From: Microthyrium microscopicum
Lineage: Eukaryota
DNA: 64,000 nt
NCBI GenBank assembly: GCA_010405405.1
Contig: MU004236.1
Coordinates: forward strand, 124,001 to 188,000
Direction of reading: 5' to 3'
Both the position numbers and the translations under genes were made by a program. Every line of letters starts with the position of its first letter. Within the stretch, counting starts at the first letter, position 1. Below, piece by piece: positions 12,917 through 25,849 of this stretch. Below the pieces are notes generated by a model. That model saw nothing but the letters and a program-made list of their open reading frames with translations, made no database searches and was not told the DNA's origin.

Positions 12917-13524
12917 TGTTCTGCAATCAAATCTCTCCAAGATCGGTATCTCCCATTGTGCGCCAATTGTTGCGACGAGGCATCGTCCTTTTCACGTTCC
13001 AGGGAAAATTTATAGAGGATACCTATTGGCATTTAATATAATGACCAACTTATTCTAGAGTATGATCTCATTAGTCTCACCATGTGAAGCTTTAAAGAAA
13101 AAAGCAAATTGTTTCTAATCTTCTTGTATTTCAGCAAGAACATTGTCAAACATCCAAATTCAGAGAATGAACATTAGCATATCCATCAAGGAAATGTCAT
13201 TAAAGAATGATCCTTTAAAACGACGTGAACTGTTAACTTGGCGTAGGTAATGGCGACCTCCATCAGTAACGATCGGCGGTTTACCCGGTTGCGAGGGTCA
13301 TTCAAAGCTAACAACTTACATCATGACCTTATATCTCGAATTCTGATAACAAGTCGCTCATTTCCGACTTTCAATCACTGGCTTTGATTGAATTAGATAT
13401 TTCTGACCTTGTTGCGCCTTCTTTAGCAAAAGTATGCAACTTTCCTAGGAACCAACTTGCAATCGTTCCATTTTTACACCCCATCCGACCACGGAACCAT
13501 CCATGATCCATTGACATCAACAAC

Positions 13525-15658
13525 ATGGCTCCTCCCGACAACTACACTCTGCCCAATCCGGCCAGCCAACTTGCTGCAACTTCCTCAGCCACTGGACGAA
13601 TGCGACGGTCTTGGGCCTCGCCTTTCCGGGGAAGCAAACCCATGACAGCCTCTCAGCCCGTTGAGCGCGTAACTTCACGTCGCTCAACACAGACGGCGGA
13701 ACCAAAATGGTGGCGCGTGAAGTATTTTCGGGGGATGATTAATGATGTGAAGAGACGGGCGCCGTTTTATTGGAGTGATTGGAAAGATGCGTGGGATTAT
13801 CGGGTGGTGCCTGCGACTGTGTATATGTATTTTGCCAAGTAAGTTTTGCTATCATGAGGTTGGAGAAGACGCTAATAAGAACATAGTATCATGCCAGCAT
13901 TGGCTTTTTCGCTGGATATGTTTGCAAAGACGAACTCCAGCTTTGGTGTTAATGAAGTACTGCTTTCTTCGGTCATGGCTGCGGTGGTGTTTTCACTGTT
14001 TGCGATACAGCCTTTGGTGATTGTTGGAGTAACGGGCCCGATCACAGTTTTTAATTATACGGTTTATGATATTATGGCTTCGAGGACTAATTACTTTGCG
14101 TTCATGTGCTGGATCGGATTGTAAGTTGACCTCCGACGATGGAGATATTGGCTAATCCTGAATGAACGATAGATGGTCTCTGGTGATGCATTGGATTCTG
14201 GCTATTACAAATTCGTGTAATGGGCTGAAATATGTTACTCGGTTCTCTTGCGACATCTTTGGGTTCTACGTTGCATTCATATATCTGCAAAAGGGCATTC
14301 AAGTATTGACGAGACAATGGCAGGCAGGAGAGGCATCTGCATACCTTTCCATCATGGTGTCTCTGCTTGTCTTCATGGTCGCATACATATGCGGTGCGGT
14401 TGGTGAGAGCAAGCTTTTTCATCGACATGTTCGTAAATTCATCGAAGATTATGGCACCCCACTCACCGTTATCTTCTTCACCGGATTTGTCTACATTGGC
14501 AAGATGCGAGGCGTAGAGCTGCTGAAGCTCCCTACCAGCAAAGCCTTCTTTCCAACTCAAGACAGGAGTTGGTTCATCAGCTTCTGGGAGATTCCGGTCG
14601 GCGATGTGTTCATCGCCATGCCTTTCGCCATACTCCTGACTATTTTGTTCTGGTTCGATCATAATGGTAAAGCACAATCACTGTTCGACCAAAGTACCAT
14701 GCTAATGTTTCAAGTATCATCTCTCATAGCCCAAGGAACTGAATTTCCTCTTCGAAAACCTGCTGGTTTCCACTGGGACATCTTCCTTCTTGGATTGACT
14801 ACGGGTGTTGCTGGTCTTCTCGGCATCCCATTTCCAAATGGTCTCATTCCTCAAGCACCCTTCCACACCAACTCCCTCTGCGTGCACAAGACCGTCGACG
14901 ACTCCAACGAAGACTCTGATCACAAAGGTCATTCGCATCGCGTCGTGGATCACGTCGTCGAGCAACGCGTATCTAATCTGGCCCAAGGCCTGCTCACCCT
15001 CGGTACCATGAGCGGTCCGCTCCTAATCGTCCTGCATCTCATCCCGCAAGGCGTACTCGCGGGTCTCTTCTTCATCATGGGCATCCAGGCCCTACAAGCG
15101 AACGGGATCACCGCCAAACTAGTTTTCCTCTTCAGTGATAAGCGCCTAACATCACGAAGCGACCCAATCGCACGGATAGAACGACGCGCAGCAGTATGGG
15201 CATTTGTGGCCATCGAGTTGGTTGGATTTGGAGCAACTTTTGCCATTACGCAGACAATTGCGGCAGTTGGCTTTCCTATCATCATTCTGTTGCTTATTCC
15301 GGTGCGAACGTTCTTGCTTCCACGCTGGTTTAGCGCCGAGGAGCTCAGACTGTTGGATGCGCCAACAGCGAGTCCATTCACGATGGAGTCGGTGGGCGGA
15401 AATTACGGAGAGGTAGTGGACGATGTGAATGCCGATTCGAGCGCATCGGATGGCAGTGCTGGAAAGGATCAGTTGGCTGAAGATGAGGCGGAGAGAGGAG
15501 AGGCATTGGGCTTCCAGCAGGAGTCGGCGGAAGGGCGGACGAGATCGCGCAGTGGAAGGCGCAAGAGCTTTAGACGGAGTGGAGAAGGCGATGAGATTGA
15601 GCTGGGAAAAGTTCCGAGTAGTCATGCGAAGAAGGGAACAAATTCACGTCATGAGTAG
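13525..15658 (+). CDS. BOR1: SLC4/HCO3- transporter family, Bor1-like borate transporter
   Basis: Introns 13839-13886, 14121-14172 and 14667-14714 (in-frame; removing it restores DHNVSS). Motifs QPLVIVGVTGP, TRFSCDIFG, KPAGFHWD, NGLIPQAPFH and VVEQRVSN. Confidence 0.88.
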
Positions 15659-16082
15659 ATGTAAATATACAGAAGAATTTGGCCTGACTACCACAATGGA
15701 CATGGTCAATAGCTTGGCCGGAGATCATTGATGGAAGACACTGTTATGATCGACCTGTAAGCTCGAAAAACTATCCCTGATCAATAAGTGTCTCTGTATA
15801 GATCAATTTTTGCGGGAGTTTCCTGGAAGCCAGTTCAATGGCAGACGTAGGAAGCTCAAAAGAGTATTGAAGCTAACCTAACTGGGAAGGTATCGATTTT
15901 GTCGATCTGGATGGGGAGCTTTGAGTGATGCCTGCAGCTTAAGCTTAAGCTTCCCGCTGGTCGACCTTGTTACTCATACACTCCCCCAAAAACTCCCCCA
16001 AAAACTTACTGAAGATTGCCGATTGGAGTTTTCAAGTCCTGCGATTTCTGATCCATCCTTGTCAGTTAATGGGGACGTAAAA

Positions 16083-19000
16083 ATGCTCACGGCCTTTAGC
16101 GCGCGACCTCTGGTGGAGCTTCGTCAGCGGGACAAGAGCAAGATCGAGTCGCTGCTAGCATATGGTAAGTCGCGAGATACTGCAAAGATTGTAACAGCCA
16201 AACAGTATGGAGTTAACAGTTATTAGGCGATCGATTACTCGTCGGTCTAAACACCGGCTCCTTGCGCATTTACCGCGTCAACGAACCAAGTAGCACTCCA
16301 CAGTCAAGCTTGCCAGAAACACCAGATGATGGCCCACCACCTTCTCCTACCAAGAAAAAGCCTGTAGACCTCATGCGCGAGGAGGAGAAATTCTCAAAGA
16401 AACCTATACAGCAGCTTGCGATCATTAAAGAAGCCAGCATCCTCATCTCCCTATCGGACAACTACGTCTCCCTGCACGATCTACAATCATACAGTTTGCA
16501 GAAAAGATTAGAGAAGACCAAGGGCGCGACCCTATTTGCGGCGGCATCAAATATAGTTAAAGATGGCGAGGAAGGAATTCCATCCATCGTATCGCGTTTG
16601 GCGGTCGCTGTAAAGCGCAAGATCCTTCTCTGGTCATGGCAAGATATGGAGCTCACTGAAGAAGTCGCTGAAATTACACTTGTCGCTGCGGCAAAGTCAT
16701 TGACTTGGGCAAGCGGGACGAAGATTGTGGCTGGTCTTGATTCTGGCTTCGTCATGGTTGACATTGAAACCATGGAAATCACTGACATCATGAAGTCATC
16801 GGGCGTGGATGAAGTGGTTTCAAAATTTGGAGCTGTAAGCTCGACTGGCATGTCATACATGGGAATGGGAAGTTGGGTGCCGAAGCCTATGGCAACGAAA
16901 CTCTATGAAGACGAGATATTGCTTGCGAAAGACGTCCATACACTTTTCATCGACTCCAATAGCAAGCCGCTGGACAAAAGGCAGGTTCCATGGCCGACTG
17001 CACCTGAAGGAATAGGATACTCTTATCCATATCTTCTTGCTTTACAACCACCTGCGAAAGGAAATCTCGAAGTTCGAAATCCAGACACGCTCTCACTACT
17101 TCAATCGATACCGCTTCCAAATGCTACGCTTTTGCATGTCCCACAACCTAACATCAGTCTTGCTCATGCTGGGAAAGGATTCTTAGTTGGAAGCGATCGG
17201 TGCATATGGCGCATGACTGCTACTGGATACGATCGTCAAATCGAGGAACTAACAAGTAAAGAACTCTACGATGAGGCCATCAGTTTGATCAGCATGCTGG
17301 AAGATACTTTACTCCTGGACAAAGAAGATCGATTGCGAGTGATCAAAATGATGAAAGCACAAAAGCTCTTCGAACAACGCAAATATCGGGACTCATTGGA
17401 GTTATTTGCCGACGCTACCGCACCACCACACAAAGTCATTTCTATGTATCCGAAATCAATCGCTGGCAGCATCTCTATGGTCGATGGCGAAGACGTATCT
17501 GAAGAAGAGTTGGAGAATGAAGCTGAGACTGAGACAAGTCCAGAGGGAAAGAAGTCCGTTGAATCGACTCCACAATCCACGGTTAAGAGGACCATGTTTG
17601 GGAGGTTACGTGGAGAAGTTCAGAAAGCAGAAGCAGATACCGCCTCCGTCAAATCTGCGAAGATGTCCGAAGCGGGAGACTCTAATAAAGCTGGGGATGA
17701 TAAGCCTTTGGAAGGCAAAGATCTCATCAAGGCCGTGAACGAGCTGTGTGCTTTCCTTGCCCAGACAAGAGTGAAGCTACAAAAGATCATGACTCCTGAT
17801 GGAAAGTTGAAGCAACCACTACCAACCAATCCACCAAAAGATTACAGACCAGAGTTTCATCAGCTTATAGGACTCAGTGCAGATGAGCAAGAAGATGTTG
17901 ATTGGCATGAAAAGCTGATGGAAGTTGCCACCATCGTAGACACAACACTATTCCGTGCTTATATGCTGGCCCGACCAGGTTTGGCAGGCTCTCTATTTCG
18001 ACTGGCCAATTTCTGCGATCCAAAAGTTGTGCGAGATAAATTGTACGAAACTGGACGTTATGCTGATCTAATCGATTTCCTGCATGGCAAAAGACTCCAT
18101 CACGAAGCACTAGAAATGCTGGAGCGATTCGGAAAGGACGTCGACAACGAGACAATAAGTCCTGCGCTTAGGGGTCCGCAGAGAACAATTGCATATCTAC
18201 AGCAACTTCCTCCAGAGCACATAGATTTGATTTTGGAGTACGCCAAATGGCCAGTTCGTCAAGACGCCGACGCAGGCATGGAAATCTTTATAGCAGACAC
18301 AGAGAACGCGGAGACGTTACCAAGAGAGCGGGTGCTAGACTTCCTCCAGAGGATCAATCCTCTGCTAGCTACTCGATATTTGGAGCATATTATCACAGAA
18401 CTCAGCGATATGACGCCCGATTTTCACCAGCGGCTCATTGATTTGTATCTTGAGCGACTGCATACTGGACGAGAGTCAAAACCTGAGTATGGAGGTTTTA
18501 CAAATCAGGAAGAGAAGCTGGATTGCAAACAGAAGCTTGAGAGGTTCTTGCGAAGCAGTGAGCAGTACAACAGGTCGAGGATTTTTGTCAAGTTGTCAGC
18601 CGATGGTAAGAGCCCTATTGAGCGAACAAATTTGACACATTACTAACAATCAACTAGATGCTGACCTTTTCGAGTCGCGAGCCATCGTACTCAGCAAAAT
18701 GGGCCAGCACAAGCAAGCGCTCCAAATCTGCGTCTTCCAGATACAAGACTACGCCAAAGCAGAAGAATACTGCAACCAAACATATCTCACCTCACAAGCC
18801 CAAAACTTGACTTCCCCAGCAGTCCCCTTAACCGGCCCAGACAAGACCAACGACGACACTCCATCCATCTACCACACCCTCCTCTCCCTCTACCTCACGC
18901 CTCCCCCACCACATACCCCAAAACTCGAACCAGCACTCGATCTCCTCTCCGCCCATGGAGCACGCCTCCCAGCAAGCCAAACCCTCTCCCTAATCCCACA

Positions 19001-19316
19001 AGACCTCAAAATCGCCACACTCGAGTCTTACTTCACCGGGCGTATCCGCACAGCCAACACAGTGCTCAACAGCGAGCGCATAGTCGCGCAGCTAAGAGCA
19101 GTCCGGCAGGCAGCGACGCAAGAGGCGTATATGGGGGAACGCAACAAACGCGTCGTGGTCACGGAGGATCGTCTTTGTCCGGTTTGTATGAAGCGGTTTG
19201 GGAATAGTGCGGTGCGCGTGTATCCGGATGGCAAGGTGGTGCATTATGGCTGCTTCAATCGTGGTACTGGGGCGGTGGCTGGCTGGGGAAAGAGACATTC
19301 GGCGGGGTGGGCGTAG
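16083..19316 (+). CDS. VPS39: HOPS complex subunit Vps39/Vam6
   Basis: Exons 16083-16164, 16227-18605 and 18658-19316. N-terminal CNH-like region, Vps39_1 region (VDTTLFRAY, SLFRLANFC), C-terminal zinc finger CPVCMKRFGNSAVRVYPDGKVVHYGC. Confidence 0.93.
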
Positions 19317-19414
19317 GTCGTACTGTCGATAGTAAAATACGGCGACATGTCGATGTAGATGTATTGATATACCGCTTTTATTCAAGTGTTGGTTCCTCTA
19401 GTATTCAGAGGAGT

Positions 19415-19705
19415 TCAAGCGTCGTCCTCAGCGACTTCTTCGCCGTAGTTTTCTTCTTCCTTGGTGTCGTTGACTGCTGCGCCGGCGAGTGCATTGTCTT
19501 CTTGCATTTTTTGAGTGAGGAAGACGTTGATGTCCGCTTGTAGGTCGGTGATCTTTTGGCGAAGAGCACTAAGGAAGGTGGTTCTCTCTTGAGTGGAGGG
19601 GTTTGGTGGGTTGTTTGGAAGTTGTCGCTCCCAGTTGGTTTGAGCGTTGGGAGCTGTATACGACGCCTTGAGAACTGTATCGGATGCTTCAGGGTTTAAA
19701 GACAT
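19415..19705 (-). CDS. GON7: EKC/KEOPS complex subunit Gon7-like protein
   Basis: 96-aa acidic protein from ATG 19705: LKASYTAP, FLSALRQKITDLQADINVFLTQKMQED, EEENYGEE. Confidence 0.75.
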   Translation of the reverse strand: MSLNPEASDTVLKASYTAPNAQTNWERQLPNNPPNPSTQERTTFLSALRQKITDLQADINVFLTQKMQEDNALAGAAVNDTKEEENYGEEVAEDDA

Positions 19706-20060
19706 TGTTTGCGTCTGATGATGGTTGCTATTGTGTTTGCGGGAGAGATGGGAAATTGCAGTGGTTGATGGGAGAGGTGGAACGATTGGTGGGTGAGGCG
19801 ATTCCAGACTCAGCCTCTCCTCCTTTCGCGACTTCATCTCATCTCTCACGTCTCTGTCTCATGATTGCCTCCTACTTCCTGAACAACTTATCTTCCACCA
19901 CTACTCCTACCTTTGTCATACTTCTCAATACTGTTCTCTCCTACAAACCAACGCTTCCTCCTTCATCTGAAATAGTGCAACCGCAATATGATCCCCCACG
20001 GTTTATGCCTGCAGCCCTGATAGTGATAGTCCTGTTACACTACCTAACATCCTGCCAAAA

Positions 20061-22736
20061 ATGGCAACCTCTCCACTTAGATCTCCCTTTACCACCAAGC
20101 CCTCCGTTTCCGCTCTTCGCCGCAATTCTACCGACGACGAAGACGATCGCGACTTTGACTCAGATCCTGCCTCCACTCCAACTACCGCTCCTCGATCTCC
20201 CTATGCCACCCGTAGAGGTGCTGCCACTCCAACAAATCCTATCCATAACCATTCAAATGTGACTCCGACAGCCATACATAACCTACGACCCCTTCCTAGC
20301 GATACCTCCAACATACGTCCACAAACTGCTCGCACTCAAAGTCCCATAGATCATAAACAGACTTCCCCGTGGCAACCCGGCCATCGTCCTCGTCAGCATT
20401 CACAAGGCTTCTTCGAACCCTCCCTACCCTCTGCCAATAGTACGAATGCGAATCAGCAATCTCACAATGTCATGGCTACCGCCTTAACAACGTCGCAAAT
20501 GGCGGCACAAGCTGCCATGCATGCTCAAAATGCGCAGCATAGTCGCAAACGCTCCCAGACGCTGCCTGACCCGGCAGGTGCTGCTGTACAACCAAATGGA
20601 AACGGACAACAAGTACCACAGACGGCGCGGTATCCGCTGCAGACAGAGCGCAGTTTTAATCCTCTGCCCACCAGCCAGAATTTACGGTCCATAGACGGTT
20701 TCTTAGGAGGTCATAGTCTTGCGGCGGCGACGGCAGCGCAGGTAGCAACATATCCGCGAACCCCTCAGTACTCTCCCGCTCCAATACCTGAACGTGCCCC
20801 ACCACCAGTTCCAGAAAAGGATCAGAAGCCGAACAAAGAGAAGAGCAAGATGAAGTTGTTTAGTAAACCGAAGAGCATCGCTTTACACAAGGACAAGGCG
20901 GAGATAGATCGCAAGTTTCCTGCTCTCCCGTCCCCTAGTAAGATGAGTTTATACAGCAATTCAAACATGAAGTTGTCAAACGCATCGACAACGAGCTTGG
21001 TTGACTCGACCATGTCAAGCGCGGCATCATTTTACTCGAGCGCCAACGCATCTACTAGCACGCTCGTCCCAGCAGATAGAGCTGTTGAAAGAGAAAAGGA
21101 AAAACACAAGCACCACTTTTTAGCGCGACAGAAGAATAAACTCTGGGGTCAAGATGATGCGCATCTGCCACTGTCATCAGCAAACAGTATATCGAAACCA
21201 GTTGATCCGAATGCACCACAACCTCTCTACTCGTTTGCACCTTCTTCACCAGCTAACCCAAGTGCCTTTGCGAAGAGCGTTAGTGGCCTCGATCTAAGAC
21301 ATGGCGGAAGAGCTTTGCGTGAGAAGAAAAAGGAAGACAAAGCCACTTCGAATCTAAGCACCACGACCTATCTAGATGCGCCATCCACACGGGAAAGAGA
21401 AGGTTCTATGATCTCGTCGGAATGGCCAATATCTGGCTATGGCTCGACTGTATCTCTACCGCCTGGGACTGGATCTACACTTCATGCCGATCTATCATTT
21501 ACTCCAGCCGAAGTAGCTCATCTTGGGGCGACTTTCGGGGTTCCGGGCATTACGCCAGACGATGCGTGGCCTCTGCTTAAGGCGCGCCTGCTACACATAT
21601 TCGAAGGCGAGGATCCTCGACCTCCTATTGAGTCGTTCAATGCTCTGGTATCCGTGCATCTTCGAAGATGCATACAACGAAGAGCACCAACTATGGTGAT
21701 AGAAGACTTGACTGAACTACTCCAGACTGGATTTGGCTCTTTAGGACAAACACTAAAGGTTGTTCCAGACGAGAGATTGGTTCCACAACTGGTAGCCATG
21801 TGGTCATTGGTATTCAACACTATTCTTCCATTTCTTCAAGCTGTCTTTCTCCCATTGGATCTCGAGTTCAAAGGCAGAGGACCTATCATGTCTGCCCGAG
21901 AAGCAGCCGACTTTTGGGGCGTTGCTCTACCAGACACAGATTTGGGCGCAGATGTCAATGCTCGAAACGTCCCAACTTTGGGCGAAGAACTTGATGTGCG
22001 AAGGATGATCTTACTCACATTCCGAGATACCATATTTCTTCCTCGTTATGATGCTCTCATGGCAATATTTTCTCGTCTGAGTCTTGAGAGCATCGATGGT
22101 GTTCCTCGCTCTCCACAGCCAGATGACAACGAGCCTTTACAACCTCCTCCACCACTTTCAGATGCTCGCCCTGGAACCGCATCATCCAATGATATTGCTC
22201 TAAGCTCACTCACTTCACCAGGAAGTTTTCAATCATCTGGAACTACTCTCCTCGACTCCTCAGGTGGTGCTTCATCCTTTAGCTTACTGGATAGTGCGAA
22301 TAGAAGTCGTGCTACTAGCAACACATCGGCCGGTAGCTGGGCTTCTGGTCCTGGCCATCTCACACCTCTACAGACATCACTTTCAAATCACTCGGCATCT
22401 AACACGCCATTGACCGCCTTCCCCAATGGCACTGCTCACTCTATACATCAAAGTAACGCGTTTGCGGCATACTTGCAGGCTCAGCAGACCATTCTAGACA
22501 CTGGTGCGAGACTGACCGAAATGGTCGGTCGAATGCTTCAATGCGTTTCTGTTCTCGCAAGCGTACAGTCTGGTGATGATAAGCAGAATATGATGGAAAC
22601 TCTCACCAAGACACTCAAGTACAATTGGCTCGGCCGAGGTCGAACTGGTCGTCAACGGAGAGGTTTTGTCGGCACCAAAGTCCGAAAGGGCACAACGAGT
22701 AGCTCAGAAGCTCCGGAAATTGGAGTCGCTGGCTAA
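20061..22736 (+). CDS. HbrB/Bit61 (PRR5-like) TORC2-associated protein
   Basis: 891-aa intronless ORF. Disordered S/P-rich N-terminus, then DDAWPLLKARLLHIFEGE, WSLVFNTILPFLQAVFLPLDLEF, LDVRRMILLTFRD and RMLQCVSVLASVQ...WLGRGRTGRQRRGFVG. Confidence 0.85.
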   Translation: MATSPLRSPFTTKPSVSALRRNSTDDEDDRDFDSDPASTPTTAPRSPYATRRGAATPTNPIHNHSNVTPTAIHNLRPLPSDTSNIRPQTARTQSPIDHKQTSPWQPGHRPRQHSQGFFEPSLPSANSTNANQQSHNVMATALTTSQMAAQAAMHAQNAQHSRKRSQTLPDPAGAAVQPNGNGQQVPQTARYPLQTERSFNPLPTSQNLRSIDGFLGGHSLAAATAAQVATYPRTPQYSPAPIPERAPPPVPEKDQKPNKEKSKMKLFSKPKSIALHKDKAEIDRKFPALPSPSKMSLYSNSNMKLSNASTTSLVDSTMSSAASFYSSANASTSTLVPADRAVEREKEKHKHHFLARQKNKLWGQDDAHLPLSSANSISKPVDPNAPQPLYSFAPSSPANPSAFAKSVSGLDLRHGGRALREKKKEDKATSNLSTTTYLDAPSTREREGSMISSEWPISGYGSTVSLPPGTGSTLHADLSFTPAEVAHLGATFGVPGITPDDAWPLLKARLLHIFEGEDPRPPIESFNALVSVHLRRCIQRRAPTMVIEDLTELLQTGFGSLGQTLKVVPDERLVPQLVAMWSLVFNTILPFLQAVFLPLDLEFKGRGPIMSAREAADFWGVALPDTDLGADVNARNVPTLGEELDVRRMILLTFRDTIFLPRYDALMAIFSRLSLESIDGVPRSPQPDDNEPLQPPPPLSDARPGTASSNDIALSSLTSPGSFQSSGTTLLDSSGGASSFSLLDSANRSRATSNTSAGSWASGPGHLTPLQTSLSNHSASNTPLTAFPNGTAHSIHQSNAFAAYLQAQQTILDTGARLTEMVGRMLQCVSVLASVQSGDDKQNMMETLTKTLKYNWLGRGRTGRQRRGFVGTKVRKGTTSSSEAPEIGVAG

Positions 22737-22921
22737 TGATACGATTTGTCTGACGCAGTTCTCTGTACGTGTTATTGTATGATATATGAATGAACCCAAA
22801 AGTCCTGAAGGACTGTTTTATGACATCTTATAGATCTTCTATTCGTCTAGTGCATATACGTCTATCTCGCCTGGCATCTGTCTATCTGATATACAAAAAA
22901 CACTTCGAGGTGCTTGTAAGT

Positions 22922-24135
22922 CTACAACCTCGCCTGCGCCTGCTCCCACTCCTGCGAGAATGGATAGTCCGTATATCCTTTCTCCCCTTTGGTATAAAAC
23001 GTCGGCCTATCATATTTGTTAAACGCAATCCCCTCCCTGATGCGAAAGGGCAAATCCGGCGTCGATATAAAATACCGCCCAAACGCAATCGCAATGTTAT
23101 ACCCAGGATACACCTTCTCCACCTCTTCCTCTGCAGTCTGCGCCGTAAACCCACCCGCCAATATCAACGGCCTCGTCTTCCCCCACGCCTCCACCGCCCA
23201 ACCCATATCATCCGTCGGATGCGCCACGTCGACCCCGCCCTGAACCCTCGGAGTCGTCATATGCAAATACACCAGCTCCAACTTCGCCAACTCCTTAATC
23301 AAGTACGTGAACCCCGGCTCCGGATCCTCCATCCGCATCCCCTGAAACTCACTATACGGACTCAACCGTATGCCCACCTTCTCCCTGCCCACCGCCTTCA
23401 CAACCGCCTTAGCAACCTCAATACCAAACCGCGCTCTCTTCTCCACACTCCCGCCCCAGCCATCCGTCCGCCTATTACAATTATCCTGCGTAAACTGATC
23501 CACCAAATATCCATTCGCGCCATGAATCTCCACGCCATCAAACCCAGCCTCCTCAACCGCCTTTTTCGCCGCATCCGCATACGCGCCCACCATACTCCAC
23601 ACTTCCCCATCCGTCATCTCTCTTGGCATACTACTCTTCTCATTTATCGGCACCGCACTACTGGATACAACATCTAACCCCCTCTTCGCCAACACCTTCG
23701 CTCCGCCTGCGCGTCCCAGAGCCCAGAGCTGCGCATAGATATAACTGCCCTTGGCATGGACGGCGTCCGTGATGGTTTTCCAGCGCGCTAGTTGTGCGGA
23801 ATCCCAGAGACCGGGGACGGAGTCGTAGCCGCCGGCTTGGGGTGATATGAATGCTGCTTCGGTTATTAGGAGGGTGCCGGGGGTGGAGGCGCGTTGGGCG
23901 TAGTAGGTTGCTGCGAGGGGGGTGTTGACGTTTTGGTCATCTGGGGAGGTTGTTAGCATGGTGGTGAAGGATGCCCCCTGGCGGGGCGGGGGATGGTGGT
24001 GAGGATGATATGGTGGTGGTGAACGGAGGAGGGAGGTAACTTACCGGCGCGGAAACGTGTTAGGGGGGCCATTATTATGCGGTGTTTGAGGGTTATGGGG
24101 CCGAGCTGGAGTGGCTCGAAGAGTTTGGATGGCAT
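22922..24135 (-). CDS. Old yellow enzyme (NADH:flavin oxidoreductase)
   Basis: Exon 24135-24045, intron 24044-23941, exon 23940-22922. Motifs HRIIMAPLTRFRA, YYAQRA, QLWALGR, GFDGVEIHGANGYLVDQF, FGRYFISTPDLP and GYTDYPF. Confidence 0.95.
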
Positions 24136-25849
24136 TTTGAAGGTGTGGTTTTGATGATTATCGCAGGTTTGTTATGAGCCGAAGATGGACGAAGGGGTTA
24201 TGGATGAGTGCGTAATTGGGAGATTTCAAACAGTAGAGACTGTAGATATATGTGCAAATGCAACGGTCTTTGAAATCACGAATCTCTAGGGCCATAAACT
24301 TGTTGATTGATAATGCAAAATGGCGGAATTGTCTTCGCACACCTCGGTACATGACAATTAATTAGATTAGATTGTACTAGTCTGCGGAACAAGTGGATAA
24401 CGATGATATCTAACGTGCTCGGCTAATAGCGTGGAGATAGCGAATGTATCTGATCAATCATGATTAGTATTTAGTGAAGGCTTAACAACACACCAAGCGT
24501 CTATATCGGACATATCTTGATGCTCCGAGACTTGGTGTTGAAAGTGAAGTAAGCTCTAAACCGAATCGTATCTTTTGATATTGGATCGTCAGGCTCGGTA
24601 CGCGGGCCGACAACCGAAACAATTGAGATGGATAAAGAATGAACGAGGTAAAAACAAGAAAAAGACGGCCGATCGCTGCTTCGCTTGTTGTAGCAATGTA
24701 ATTGGCTGATCTGTGGTTATTTGTCTAGCTTATTTTATTCTAGTTCAGCCTTGTCGGTTCTCTGTATCAAAAGGTACATCAAAAAGCATTTGAGTGGGCA
24801 TCTCAGGTCTTGTTGGAGTTGGTGGCGGCCATGGAGAAGACCCTGAGGTTTGGACCCGATAGCTGTTGTTTGTTTCGGATGCGATCTTGAGTTGACTGGA
24901 GATCCATATGAGCGATTACTGTATGTAGTAGTAACGTCCGTGGACTACAAGGCTTGTTGTTTTGCGCTGCCATGCTCTTTCTGTAGCCTAGTAGATTCTA
25001 AGCGAGACGCGCTTGTAAGCAGTTTCAATTTCTAACTCATAGACATCACTGAAACGTTATAGTCTAGGTGAATTTAGGAAGGCGAGTTGGTAACTCAATG
25101 CTTCCACTGCTCCATGTACTCCGAAGTAAGATCAAGAAGCACCGACATGAGGCCGGGTCTATCCCATATTCTGGTCCATCATGACGCACCAGATTCGGGA
25201 TCTAAAATCGAGTACCAGAGCTCCAAATTGAACTCGGAATTTAAAATCGAGTACCAGAGTCGCCAAATAATTCGCAACTATAGTTCGCCTAGAGCTTAAA
25301 TGCACCTAATCGCCCATCCCTTAACATCTGAAGCTATAAATAGACCTCGTATTAGCGTGCGGAACCCTTACCCCTTTAGGCCTAATATTATAGGTCGTAA
25401 GAGAATTATGAACCTTAAAATTTTACTAATTAACTAAGCGTTCTTAATCCCTAAAGCATTCTTCCTACTAAAAATAGAATCATTAAATATACTACTTTTA
25501 GTTTAGTTAATATATAAATTATCTTAAGTTTTAGTGTTAAATTAGCTATTTAGTACTTTAGTAATAAAACTTTAAGATTTTTTAGAGTCTACTACTTATT
25601 TATAGCTCTTTCTTATTTTATAATTAATTATTCCTTACTCTACTACTTCCTTACTACTATAGACGACCTATTATAAGATCTTAAGCTAGAATTACTATTA
25701 GATATTAAAAATAAGATTTAAGGAGTAGAATTAAATAGTCTTAATAAGCTAAATATAAAGAATATAGTTTTAGATAGTAAAGAAGAAGATTTAAATATAG
25801 ATACTAAGGAAGAAGATTTTTATATTTTACTACTACTAGATAGTAGGCA

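Noticed and set aside
15935..16006. aagctt tandem copies and a 12-bp direct repeat (ctcccccaaaaa x2) upstream of VPS39
   Set aside because: Low-complexity promoter sequence; no function can be inferred.
22790..23677. 295-aa plus-strand ORF
   Set aside because: Antisense shadow of the OYE gene caused by skewed codon usage; R/H/P-rich with no recognisable domain.
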